DNA of 36,852 nucleotides from a virus (taxonomy: Duplodnaviria; Caudoviricetes). Under the pieces are notes generated by a model. It worked only from the letters and a program-made list of their open reading frames with translations. It was not told the DNA's origin and ran no database searches. The DNA lies in the IMG/VR virus record IMGVR_UViG_3300043932_000246, positions 1-36,852 of that record; one strand, written 5' to 3'. Below are positions 27,625 to 36,844 of this stretch, piece after piece. Each line of letters starts with the position of its first letter. Position 1 is the stretch's first letter. The position numbers and the translations under genes were made by a program.

Positions 27625-27735
27625 TTATATCGCTCCTTTTATTTAGATAGTTAGAATAAATACATTAGTATCTACTTTTGTTAACGTCATGTCAATATCA
27701 GTTATACCAAGGTTTCTATAACCTTTAAAAATAAC

Positions 27736-28548
27736 TTATATTCCCCAATCTTCTTTTAATTTATTTACAAATTTCATCATATCAGCATCACCGTTATTCA
27801 TATCTGGATGGAATTTCAATGCCAATACCTTATATATTTTTTTAAGCTTAGCTTTTTCGTCTTTTGTGTAGGTACTATGTCCAATATTAAAGTAACTACT
27901 ATCATTATTACTTCTGTAGTTACTTTTAAAATCATCATAATAACTACTATAATATTCATAGGATTTCTGTTTTGCTTTATAAGCCGACTGAAGTTCCCCT
28001 AAATACTCTTTATTTCTCAGAACCCCAAACACATCATAACAATAATCATAAGTATCCTGACCGTATTTTGATTCAAACTTTCCTTTAGCTGTAAAGTACC
28101 TTGACAATATTTTATTGTTTTTTACTTTGGTTTTATATTCTTCTGTCTGCTCATACTCTTCAGTAATCTTTGAAATTATAGGATCTAACTTCTTATATAC
28201 CATGTCATATATATCATCAGCACTTACTCCTGTCTCTTCTGAAACCTTATCTATTTTGCCACCAGCACAGTCATACAAAGACCAATCCAGTAAATCATAA
28301 TATCCCATGGTACCTAATACCCATTGTTTTTTCTTAACTTTGCCATTTTTCCTATAGCTTTTATGAATACTTATCTTAAATGCTTCTTTATGGTGTCTTT
28401 CAAACCTTTCAATACTATAGAAATAATAATACTTGGTTCTTTGCGATATACCATCTATAATCAATGTAGAAGAGTCTACCTTTAATTCTTTTGCTTCTCC
28501 CAATGAATTACACTTTTTATTAAAAATCTTCTGTATAACACAGTACAA
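27736..28548 (-). CDS. Protein with C-terminal DnaJ-like J domain
   Basis: LKKIYKVLALKFHPDMNNGDADMMKFVNKL (HPD motif). Confidence 0.75.
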   Translation of the reverse strand: MYCVIQKIFNKKCNSLGEAKELKVDSSTLIIDGISQRTKYYYFYSIERFERHHKEAFKISIHKSYRKNGKVKKKQWVLGTMGYYDLLDWSLYDCAGGKIDKVSEETGVSADDIYDMVYKKLDPIISKITEEYEQTEEYKTKVKNNKILSRYFTAKGKFESKYGQDTYDYCYDVFGVLRNKEYLGELQSAYKAKQKSYEYYSSYYDDFKSNYRSNNDSSYFNIGHSTYTKDEKAKLKKIYKVLALKFHPDMNNGDADMMKFVNKLKEDWGI

Positions 28549-28571
28549 TCATTCTCACCACCCAATATAAA

Positions 28572-28605
28572 TGTGGTTACTATAGAAATTTACATAGTAA
28601 CCACA
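28572..28605. promoter_or_regulatory. Inverted-repeat site GTGGTTACTA-N12-TAGTAACCAC
   Basis: Perfect 12-bp arms; a sister site lies at 35066-35097. Confidence 0.65.
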
Positions 28606-28612
28606 GCCAGGC

Positions 28613-28948
28613 CTATTTATATATTTCTTCTTTCAAAGCTATTGTTTCTGGCGTAACTTCTCCTAAATATCTAAGATTGGTAAGCCCTGATATTACTCCT
28701 GTTTTATAAAAATACTGTGCTTGAATCCTAGACAAACTCAACGATATATCATCAAATTTTCTTATCAGTTTATATATTTCTTTTGGAACCAATGAAGATA
28801 AATTTTTCAAGATAAAATTTTGTTCTTCAATCAATTCCTTATATATATTTTCATTCTCAAGCTCTGTAGAGTCCTCGCTTTTAAATTCCAAATCCTCAAA
28901 TTCTGATTTTATAGCATTGTCAATTAAATTTTCTATTTTATTATCCAT
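28613..28948 (-). CDS. Hypothetical protein
   Basis: 111 aa, GGAGG RBS, YFYKTGVISG motif. Confidence 0.7.
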   Translation of the reverse strand: MDNKIENLIDNAIKSEFEDLEFKSEDSTELENENIYKELIEEQNFILKNLSSLVPKEIYKLIRKFDDISLSLSRIQAQYFYKTGVISGLTNLRYLGEVTPETIALKEEIYK

Positions 28949-29036
28949 AATCCCATCCTCCCAAATTTAAAGTTTTTTAATTTTATATTTATTTAGCAGG
29001 TAAAAGCTCTTATGTTTTACCAACTATTTTTACTTT

Positions 29037-29450
29037 CTATTTCAATATTTGATTATACGAGCCTGCGTCTATAGCAGAATCAAGTTTTTTTATTATTGTA
29101 GAACATGCATCTAATGCAGTAGAAACAGTAACAAATAATGCTTGTGTTTCATGTCGTACATTCATTATTTCTTCAATTTGAATTTTATCATCAAATTTTG
29201 AAGTATTAATCATATATTTAAGCTTATTTATGTTCCTATTCTCAACTTCAAAATCTTTAAAAACAATTTTAAAAAGATCATTCATTACTTTATACAAGTC
29301 ATTAAATATCACTACCTGATTGAATTTATATTTAGATTTATTCCAAAATTTCATAATTTTTTCTAATATTTCTTTCAATCCAGAATTAGCTCTTTCCATG
29401 TAAAATACTTCAGATGATATATCATTTATTGAATATTTAAAATTTTCCAT
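29037..29450 (-). CDS. Hypothetical helical protein, paralogue of 29931-30350
   Basis: ME.F...I...SS..F N-terminus and ETQ.L.V.V motif shared. Confidence 0.7.
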   Translation of the reverse strand: MENFKYSINDISSEVFYMERANSGLKEILEKIMKFWNKSKYKFNQVVIFNDLYKVMNDLFKIVFKDFEVENRNINKLKYMINTSKFDDKIQIEEIMNVRHETQALFVTVSTALDACSTIIKKLDSAIDAGSYNQILK

Positions 29451-29547
29451 TCTTATCTCCTCATGGTTCTGATAATTTATAAATCCCCATCCACATTTTC
29501 CTATATGTCTGTATACTAAGTGTGAATATTTACAAGTTCTAAATACA

Positions 29548-29835
29548 TCACGCCTCTAATTCTTTTAATTTCTCTTCTAACCCCTTATTTAGCTCCTTCA
29601 AAGCATCCGTATACCCTTTTATATACTCTGAGCGGTTATTACTTTCTTTGATTATCTTAATTTGTTTTAAATTCCTTTCCTTTAATTTGCTAAATACTTC
29701 TATTTCTTTTTGAGCAAGCATTCCTAATTTTTTCACAAGTTTTCCTCCTGTTTTCAAATCTTCTACAATAATGTTAAAGCAACACTCTGTTAGCCTATCG
29801 CTTACATTACCCCAATTTATAACTCGTACCTGCAT
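29548..29835 (-). CDS. Hypothetical protein
   Basis: 95 aa, GGAGG RBS. Confidence 0.65.
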   Translation of the reverse strand: MQVRVINWGNVSDRLTECCFNIIVEDLKTGGKLVKKLGMLAQKEIEVFSKLKERNLKQIKIIKESNNRSEYIKGYTDALKELNKGLEEKLKELEA

Positions 29836-29930
29836 TTCATCCTCCCCTAAATATTAATTATAAATTTTAAATTTTTCTCAGGCTTTTAATAGTCAACTTT
29901 TCCATCATCCCCTCTTTCCAATAACTACAT

Positions 29931-30350
29931 TCACTTTTTATTTTCCCTCTCGTACTTCATAATTAATTCTTTATGCAAAGCGAGTTCAGACTCCCTTACT
30001 GCTGTTAGAGCCATTTTAGAAACAATCCCAACTTTAACACATAACCTTTGAGTCTCATTATATATACTCTGAAGTTTTTTAATTCTAACTGTATCATCAG
30101 GCCTTAGTGTATTAAACATACGTGTAATTTCGTCTACATGTTTGGATATAATTTTTAAATCTCTAAAATCCATCATAAAAAGTCTATCTATAACCTGGTT
30201 TAAATCATTTGGTAACATATTAGATGCAGATTCAAATTCTTTCCATGATTTTTTAACAACTTCTGCAGAGCTTTGAGTATCACAAATAAATTTTCTTGTT
30301 TGAAATATTCCCGAAGAGGCAGAGTCTATAAAAGCTCTAAAATCTTCCAT
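29931..30350 (-). CDS. Hypothetical helical protein
   Basis: 139 aa, AAGGAG RBS. Confidence 0.7.
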   Translation of the reverse strand: MEDFRAFIDSASSGIFQTRKFICDTQSSAEVVKKSWKEFESASNMLPNDLNQVIDRLFMMDFRDLKIISKHVDEITRMFNTLRPDDTVRIKKLQSIYNETQRLCVKVGIVSKMALTAVRESELALHKELIMKYERENKK

Positions 30351-30437
30351 TAAGCATTTCTCCTTTTACATATTAAAATTTATTTCTATTTTCACATGTG
30401 GGTTTTTTTAAGTAAGTATATGGTATATATATATAAG

Positions 30438-30617
30438 GTGGTCAGTTTTTGACCTCGGGAATGAGTTTAATTATTTAAATACAAAATTAGTCTCGAAACA
30501 TTCATATAACTACAATTGAGTATCTTTTTCCCATGGTCAATTTCTGACCTCGGGAATTATTAAATTATGCTTCCCGAGGCTAGTTTCTGACCTCGCCCGT
30601 GGTCAGTTTCTGACCTC
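30438..30617. repeat. Four iteron-like repeats GGTCAGTTTCTGACCTC
   Basis: Copies start at 30440, 30535, 30578 and 30601, directly downstream of the 142 aa wHTH gene. Confidence 0.85.
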
Positions 30618-30646
30618 ACTTTTTATTTATTGTGCTATGTAGTCAG

Positions 30647-31075
30647 TTAAACATAATCTCTGTTTTTGGCCCTTTTCCAATCATTCTTTATATTAAACTC
30701 CTCAGTGCCATATTTTTGCCACTCATCATTAAAAGCATATATTATAAGTTTTCTACTACCTCCCATACTTTTATATTCATTTACCCTTATAAAGCCATGG
30801 TCAATTAGTTCATCAATGCACCTTTCAAAAGTATTCTTAGCCATAAATTTTGAGTATTCTGAACGGGTTATAGATATATTATCTTTGTTGCAATAATCTA
30901 TTTGCCCGTTTATATACTTAACTTTATACTTGCTCAACATATATACATATAACTTAAATGAATTGCCGCTCAAAATTTCCCATGCCTTAGAACATACCAT
31001 ATCAAAATAAATTGGTATAAACCTACCACCTTTACTGCTTTGAAAACTTTGAAAATTTTGTTTCTTCTTTGGCAC
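30647..31075 (-). CDS. Winged-helix DNA-binding protein (initiator-like)
   Basis: AWEILSGNSFKLYVYML..NTFERCIDELIDHGFI. Confidence 0.7.
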   Translation of the reverse strand: MPKKKQNFQSFQSSKGGRFIPIYFDMVCSKAWEILSGNSFKLYVYMLSKYKVKYINGQIDYCNKDNISITRSEYSKFMAKNTFERCIDELIDHGFIRVNEYKSMGGSRKLIIYAFNDEWQKYGTEEFNIKNDWKRAKNRDYV

Positions 31076-31107
31076 CTCACCACCTACTTTTTAGTCCAGA
31101 TATTCCA

Positions 31108-31341
31108 CTATCCTTCAATTTTTCTAAGCACACCATATTTTTTAACGTTTTGGATTGGTGGTTCTGTGTTTTTTAGTGCCTGTTTCTCCAAGAATTTTTC
31201 ACAAAGTTCAATATCGAAAACATATCTATTTCCAGATGTTAACACGGGTATTTTGTGTTCTCTCACTCTTCTCCTAAGTTGATATTCTGTTAGCCCTAAC
31301 TCTTTAGCGGCTTCTCTAGTATAAGCTTTTTTACCCATCAT
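31108..31341 (-). CDS. Excisionase-like HTH protein
   Basis: TREAAKELGLTEYQLRRRVREHKIPVLTSGNRYVFD. Confidence 0.8.
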   Translation of the reverse strand: MMGKKAYTREAAKELGLTEYQLRRRVREHKIPVLTSGNRYVFDIELCEKFLEKQALKNTEPPIQNVKKYGVLRKIEG

Positions 31342-31483
31342 CTATCACCTCATTTTTCACTATTTCTTTTCCTAATAACTATTATAAAACTGGCTATCAG
31401 GAATTTTTCTTCATCAGAACTTTTTTATTTCTTGATTATTTCTTTAAAATTATTTATGTATTCACTTACTTCTTACAAATATC

Positions 31484-32131
31484 TTAGTTCTTAGCATATT
31501 TGTTCAAGATCAATTTAATTTCCTCATATGGAAGTCCCATATCAATTAAAACGCTAGTTCGCTCCTCTAATACTTTTACCTTAGCCAGTTGCACTTGTGG
31601 CAAATAATCTCTCAAATTACCTTTTTTAGGAACATTAAATTGCTCTTTTAATTGAAGTATAGTTTTATTGAAGAGTATTTTATAAATAAGTCTTGTAATA
31701 TTACTATATAAATGCTCTTTATATTTACCATCTGGAAGCCTTGATATAGCATCTGTTAAAGTAGTTCTTTCCTTTTTACCATCAGACCTTTCAATTCTTC
31801 TTTTTATCAGTTGATTCCGCATTTCATAGAATTGCTTTGTCAATTCAAATTTGAAATTAACTACTTTCTCAGTATTTTTCATTAAAGTTATTAAAAAAGT
31901 TGCTTGTTGCTCATTGATTTTGTATATTTTCACATTTTGAAATCCTCCCTTAGTTTTTAAGGGTGTCATTTCAAATGTAACCCTTCCTAATTTTTGGAAT
32001 TTATTAATATAAGTCTTTATTAACTGTCTTATAGCTCTATGTTTCTGCCCTCCATACTCTGAAATAATTCTCGAAGTAGTGTATGGCTCTTCGCTAAGAG
32101 CATTTGAATTTATAAATACGAGTTTATCCAT
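31484..32131 (-). CDS. Rha family phage regulatory protein
   Basis: PYTTSRIISE..KHRAIRQLI..INEQQATFLITLMKNT..VVNFKFELTKQFYEM. Confidence 0.85.
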   Translation of the reverse strand: MDKLVFINSNALSEEPYTTSRIISEYGGQKHRAIRQLIKTYINKFQKLGRVTFEMTPLKTKGGFQNVKIYKINEQQATFLITLMKNTEKVVNFKFELTKQFYEMRNQLIKRRIERSDGKKERTTLTDAISRLPDGKYKEHLYSNITRLIYKILFNKTILQLKEQFNVPKKGNLRDYLPQVQLAKVKVLEERTSVLIDMGLPYEEIKLILNKYAKN

Positions 32132-32134
32132 ATG

Positions 32135-32401
32135 CTACACCTCATCATTTTCTCTTATAAAAACACCATTTATTTCACTATCCAATACCACTTCATATGG
32201 CTTATTACATGCAATTGAGGCATATTTATCTGTATCACAATACATATCAAGAAAAAAATTATATTGGTCATATTTATAAGCTATAATCTTTGAGATTTTT
32301 TTCTCTAAAAAACAAACTCCATTTGCCATAACATTAAAATCATCAGGTATATCAATAATTAACGGTTCTTGGATTTGACCTGGCTTTAAAAAGTATCTCA
32401 T
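32135..32401 (-). CDS. Hypothetical protein
   Basis: Likely start MRYFLK after a GAGGAGG RBS. Confidence 0.6.
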   Translation of the reverse strand: MRYFLKPGQIQEPLIIDIPDDFNVMANGVCFLEKKISKIIAYKYDQYNFFLDMYCDTDKYASIACNKPYEVVLDSEINGVFIRENDEV

Positions 32402-32573
32402 TTTATTCCTCCTCACTGAAAAACAACTCTTGTACAGGAGTATCAAGTTATCTACTTATTGCTTTCGCCACTGCGATACTAGGGTTTTTAGCTTTTCCTT
32501 TCTAGCAATTGCATATAATATTTTGTACATGAACTGTTATTTTAAAATTTCGGGATGTGACAAATTCTTATTG

Positions 32574-32774
32574 TCATTTAATATCGATAATTTGTTCTAC
32601 ATCAATATTTAAAGCTTTAGCTAATAATCCCACAGATCTTGCTGATGGATTACTAACCCCATTAATTATTTTAGAAATTGTAGCCTTTCCAAGTCCTGAT
32701 TTATTAGAAAGATCATTAATTGACAAACAAGCCCTAGCTTGTGCTATTTTAAGTTTTTTCAGGTTTAAATTCAT
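32574..32774 (-). CDS. Cro-like XRE regulator
   Basis: LSINDLSNKSGLGKATISKIING..PSARSVGLLAKAL. Confidence 0.88.
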   Translation of the reverse strand: MNLNLKKLKIAQARACLSINDLSNKSGLGKATISKIINGVSNPSARSVGLLAKALNIDVEQIIDIK

Positions 32775-32790
32775 GTTTTCACCTTCTTTT

Positions 32791-32879
32791 ACGAATTTTT
32801 ATTTCGCTATATTTATATATTAACGTATTTTAATTTCGTAGTCAATATTTTTAAATAAAAATATGTATTTTTATTTCGT
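32791..32879. promoter_or_regulatory. cI/cro switch of element 2 with three 17-bp operators
   Basis: ACGAATTTTTATTTCGC (32791), ACGTATTTTAATTTCGT (32823), ATGTATTTTTATTTCGT (32863); leftward TTGACT(32845-32840)-17-TAATAT. Confidence 0.8.
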
Positions 32880-32910
32880 GTTGTAGTATTATATATATGG
32901 AGGTATTTAA

Positions 32911-33381
32911 ATGGATATTGGAAATAAAATAAAAGAGTATCGTAAAAAAGCAAATTTAACGCAAAAGGAATTAGCAAAAAAGATAGATAAATCTGAACGT
33001 ATGGTACAAAAGTATGAAAGCAATGACGTAATTCCAAGTATAGACATGATTGATAAATTAGTAGAAGCTCTTAATATAAGTTGGGGAGATTTAATAGATG
33101 ATGAAAGGCTAAAAAAAGAATTTAAAACTACTGAAGAAAATGTAGTGGAAAAAAGTAAAGTTTATAAAGTATATAAGGATATTCTTAAATACACGACATC
33201 AGAATTTATAAATTATACATTACATAATTTTGGTTATATAGATTTTAATAAAATTAATGAAAAGCAATTAAAAAAGCAAATAGATAGTATATCTTCAAAA
33301 GCTATTGATTCAATGATAAAAAATATTGATTTAATGACAAAAAATATCGGACAAGAATCTAATGATCTTCAAAATAACTAA
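32911..33381 (+). CDS. cI-like XRE repressor
   Basis: IGNKIKEYRKKANLTQKELAKKIDKSERMVQKYE. Confidence 0.9.
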   Translation: MDIGNKIKEYRKKANLTQKELAKKIDKSERMVQKYESNDVIPSIDMIDKLVEALNISWGDLIDDERLKKEFKTTEENVVEKSKVYKVYKDILKYTTSEFINYTLHNFGYIDFNKINEKQLKKQIDSISSKAIDSMIKNIDLMTKNIGQESNDLQNN

Positions 33382-34493
33382 TTTATAATACTAAAAAATA
33401 GAAAACTCATTAACTCCAAGTCTACTTTAAATGTATATATTTACCGCCAAGGTTGAATACTAATTTGACATTACATAAAATTTACATCAACATCAAGGAG
33501 GACGAAATTTAATTTCTCCTTAATACAAACTAGGTAACTATTATTCGTCATCTGATTAAATTGGGTATCCACTACGAGAATTTACATTACAAATATCATC
33601 GCGTTCGTACTTAAAGACAAACGGGCAACCATAACATTAAGAGTCTCCTAGTTATAAAATACTTAGCAATTTTAATTAATAGAATTTATACATAGATTTC
33701 TTAGAAAATAATAAGGAAAACAAGGGGGACGAAATTTAGACTACCCTACAAATGGAGGAGTACAAACAGTTCTAGGAATTGAATTAGAATTTATTCCATT
33801 TAGGTAAATAAATATTATTGTAGCTCAATTGACACTATGTCAACATCATTACAAGGTTATTATATATTATTTAATTACTAACTACCAATCGGAAAATCCG
33901 TATAAGTTAGCACTACCATTTTTTTAGGGACTCCGATATTATCGTATTCGCCTTTAAAGGCGAATGGCACAACCAGGGCGTTAAAAGCTACCTGATTAGG
34001 TCTTATACATAAATGTCGAAAACATAGGATTCATTTTAGAATACTCAGCGGTTATCAGCCACTATTACAGTAAGGGATGCTAAATGCTTCGATTTAAAAT
34101 TGAATTCCCAGCTTGAGATTTTAAGCATCCTAAAGGGCTTGCAAATATGCGATGCCTTATACAACAATATTGTCGTATTGGCCTTTAAAAATGAATTGTA
34201 TGATTATAATACCAAAACTACTTAGTTATAAGTTTTCGGGTAAATTCCCGATAAACTAGCTGAATTTACACTTGGGTAAATTTTCATCTTTAAATACGAA
34301 AGCCCTAATGTGATTAGTATTCTTTTTAAAAGGAACCCAGTAAAATCAATGGTTAGCCACTGACAGGATAACTATATACAATCCTATACACAACTTCAAA
34401 TTAGTAGTATCCACATTTGTGGATACTGTGTCGCCACAACCAAATATACGAAATTCATATAACAAAATTGTCAAATGAAAGGAGAGAAGAATT
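33382..34493. other. 1.1 kb non-coding mosaic of short pseudo-palindromes
   Basis: No ORF of 60 aa or more in any frame; many dyads and two internal duplications (see findings). Confidence 0.6.
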
Positions 34494-35069
34494 ATGGACA
34501 ATACAGCTAAAAATAAGACTTATACCTACACCGACTATATGAACTACCCTGAAGGTTCCAGAATAGAGCTTATAGAAGGTAATATATACGATATGTCACC
34601 TGCACCATCAAGAATACACCAGGAGCTTATTATGGCACTATCCGCTGCATTTTATAACTATATTAAATCCAACAACGGTAATTGCAAGGTATACCCATCA
34701 CCCTTTGATGTATTCCTCACTGATGAAGAAAACCTTGATAACTGCAGAAACATTGTTCAACCAGATATATCAGTAATATGTGATAAGAATAAACTGAACG
34801 ATAAGGGTTGCATTGGTGCCCCTGATTTAATTATTGAGATAGTGTCACCCTTCAACCCATCCAATGATTATATACGCAAATTAAGCCTATACAGCTCATA
34901 TAAGGTTCGTGAATACTGGATAGTAAATCCCATGGATAAAAGTATACTGATATACAAACTTGACGATACAATGCATTATGGAGCTCCTAAAGCTTATTCC
35001 TTTACAGATAAAATAAAAGTCGGGATATATGATGATTTAGAAATTGATTTTAATAACTTAAATGTGTAG
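34494..35069 (+). CDS. Uma2 (DUF820) family endonuclease
   Basis: Same motifs as 12442-13017; about 82% aa identity by manual count. Confidence 0.92.
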   Translation: MDNTAKNKTYTYTDYMNYPEGSRIELIEGNIYDMSPAPSRIHQELIMALSAAFYNYIKSNNGNCKVYPSPFDVFLTDEENLDNCRNIVQPDISVICDKNKLNDKGCIGAPDLIIEIVSPFNPSNDYIRKLSLYSSYKVREYWIVNPMDKSILIYKLDDTMHYGAPKAYSFTDKIKVGIYDDLEIDFNNLNV

Positions 35070-35097
35070 TTACTACACAAAACATCATAGTAACTAC
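35066..35097. promoter_or_regulatory. Inverted-repeat site GTAGTTACTA-N12-TAGTAACTAC
   Basis: Lies between uma2 and the integrase RBS; sister of 28573-28604. Confidence 0.65.
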
Positions 35098-35127
35098 TAG
35101 ATTAAACTTAAAAGGGGATGATTTTCT

Positions 35128-36576
35128 ATGGCCGCTATAGAAAAAAGAGGAAAAAACTCATATAGGCTTACAGTGTCCTGTGGCTATGATAAAAGCGGTA
35201 AAAAGATTAGAAAGTATAAAACCATTAATCTATCTGATATCAAGCCTAATAAGCAGCTGGAAGAGGCACAAAGGCAATTTGTATTATTTCAGAATGAAAT
35301 CGAAAAGGGACTATATCTTGATGCCGGCAAAATTACCTTTGAAGATTTCATACATAAATGGTTAAAAGATTATGCAGAAAATGAGCTGGCGCCTAAAACA
35401 TTTTTCAGCTATAAAAAAATATTGGAAAGCCGAATAATTCCCGCTCTTGGCCATATAAAATTAAATAAGCTGCAGCCAACACATTTAAATGAGTTTTATA
35501 ACAATCTCAGGGAAAATGGTATAAGACTTGATAAAAAATACACTCCAAACAAAAATTTCGATAAAATCATTTCAGAATCAAGAATCACTTTAAAAGATAT
35601 TGCCTCTAAAGCTGGAATTCAGTACAGAACCATCAAAGGTATTAAAACTGGGAAAAATTTCACACTATCTACAGCCACTAAAATAAGTGAAGTATTAGGA
35701 GTAAATATTGATACTATATTCAATACAGTTGAAAAAACCGGACCGCTGTCTGAAAGAACTATACTATATCATCACAGAATCATATCCAGCATACTTACCT
35801 CTGCAGTTCAATGGCAATTCATATTGAATAATCCTGCATCACGCGTGAAACCTCCTAAAGTTGAAAGAAAGGAGGCAAGACATTTTGAAATTGACCAGGT
35901 GGAATATATACTACAGCTGGTAGAATATGAGCCAATTAAATATAAAGCCATGGTATATTTGTGTATATATGGCGGTATGAGAGCAGGAGAATTAAATGGC
36001 TTAGAATGGTCCGATTTGGATTGGGATAATGAAGTATTAAGAATACGCCAGGCTTCTCAATACTTACCCGATAGAGGCATATTTACAAAGTCTACAAAGA
36101 ATATGAGCAGTGATAGAGTAATAGCACTTCCCGACACTGTTATGGCCGTAATGAGGCAATATAAACTATGGCAAAATGGTGTAAAAGCTGATTTGGGAAA
36201 TTTATGGGTTGATAGCAACCGTATATTCACCAAACGCAATGGTGCCCCTATATTTCCGCAAACTTTAGGTAAATGGTTCTCCAAATTTATTAAAAGGCAT
36301 AACAATGGAGTCCTCAATAATAATACCATACCTAAGAAAGATAAAAAGAAATACTTACTCGATAATGTAAATTTCCATGGATTAAGACATACCAGTGCAA
36401 GTCTATTAATCGGCCAGGGCATGGATGTTGCCACAGTATCTAAAAGACTAGGCCATGCAGAACCCTACACTACACTTAAAATTTACACTCATGCACTTCA
36501 AAGAGCAGATAGAGAAGCTGCCAACAAACTTGAAAATTTATTTAACAAACCTGAAAAAGGTAAAAAGCAAGGCTAA
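35128..36576 (+). CDS. int: Tyrosine integrase with internal XRE-like HTH insertion
   Basis: GMRAGE, FHGLRH, RLGH and KIYTH motifs; insert ITLKDIASKAGIQYRTIKGIKTGKNFTLSTATKISEVLGVNIDTIF. Confidence 0.95.
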   Translation: MAAIEKRGKNSYRLTVSCGYDKSGKKIRKYKTINLSDIKPNKQLEEAQRQFVLFQNEIEKGLYLDAGKITFEDFIHKWLKDYAENELAPKTFFSYKKILESRIIPALGHIKLNKLQPTHLNEFYNNLRENGIRLDKKYTPNKNFDKIISESRITLKDIASKAGIQYRTIKGIKTGKNFTLSTATKISEVLGVNIDTIFNTVEKTGPLSERTILYHHRIISSILTSAVQWQFILNNPASRVKPPKVERKEARHFEIDQVEYILQLVEYEPIKYKAMVYLCIYGGMRAGELNGLEWSDLDWDNEVLRIRQASQYLPDRGIFTKSTKNMSSDRVIALPDTVMAVMRQYKLWQNGVKADLGNLWVDSNRIFTKRNGAPIFPQTLGKWFSKFIKRHNNGVLNNNTIPKKDKKKYLLDNVNFHGLRHTSASLLIGQGMDVATVSKRLGHAEPYTTLKIYTHALQRADREAANKLENLFNKPEKGKKQG

Positions 36577-36629
36577 AATAGTCCTGCTTTTTTATTGTAT
36601 ATTTTAGCACTCTTAACTCGTTTTTTATT

Positions 36630-36655
36630 TGAGTAGTCTCCAAATGGTCTCCAAT
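36630..36655 (+). repeat. Putative arm-binding repeats, element 2 right end
   Basis: TGAGTAGTCTCCAAATGGTCTCCAAT. Confidence 0.75.
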
Positions 36656-36725
36656 TTAACATTTTTATTCATTTTATACAAAAAATTAAAAGCCTGCAAT
36701 ACATTGATATCACAAGCTTTATAAC

Positions 36726-36801
<76 letters not shown>

Positions 36802-36815
36802 AAACATACATTAAT

Positions 36816-36844
36816 ATTTTAATACAATTTTTCATTATAATCAA
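36816..36844 (-). promoter_or_regulatory. Probable tRNA promoter
   Basis: TTGATT-17 bp-TAAAAT upstream of the tRNA. Confidence 0.55.

Noticed and set aside
30438-30617. CRISPR array
   Set aside because: Repeats are 17 bp with irregular spacing (starts 95, 43 and 23 bp apart); this fits iterons better.
34406-34427. Chromosomal origin DnaA boxes
   Set aside because: Only one inverted pair with a mismatch to TTATCCACA and no dnaA context; kept as part of the mosaic.
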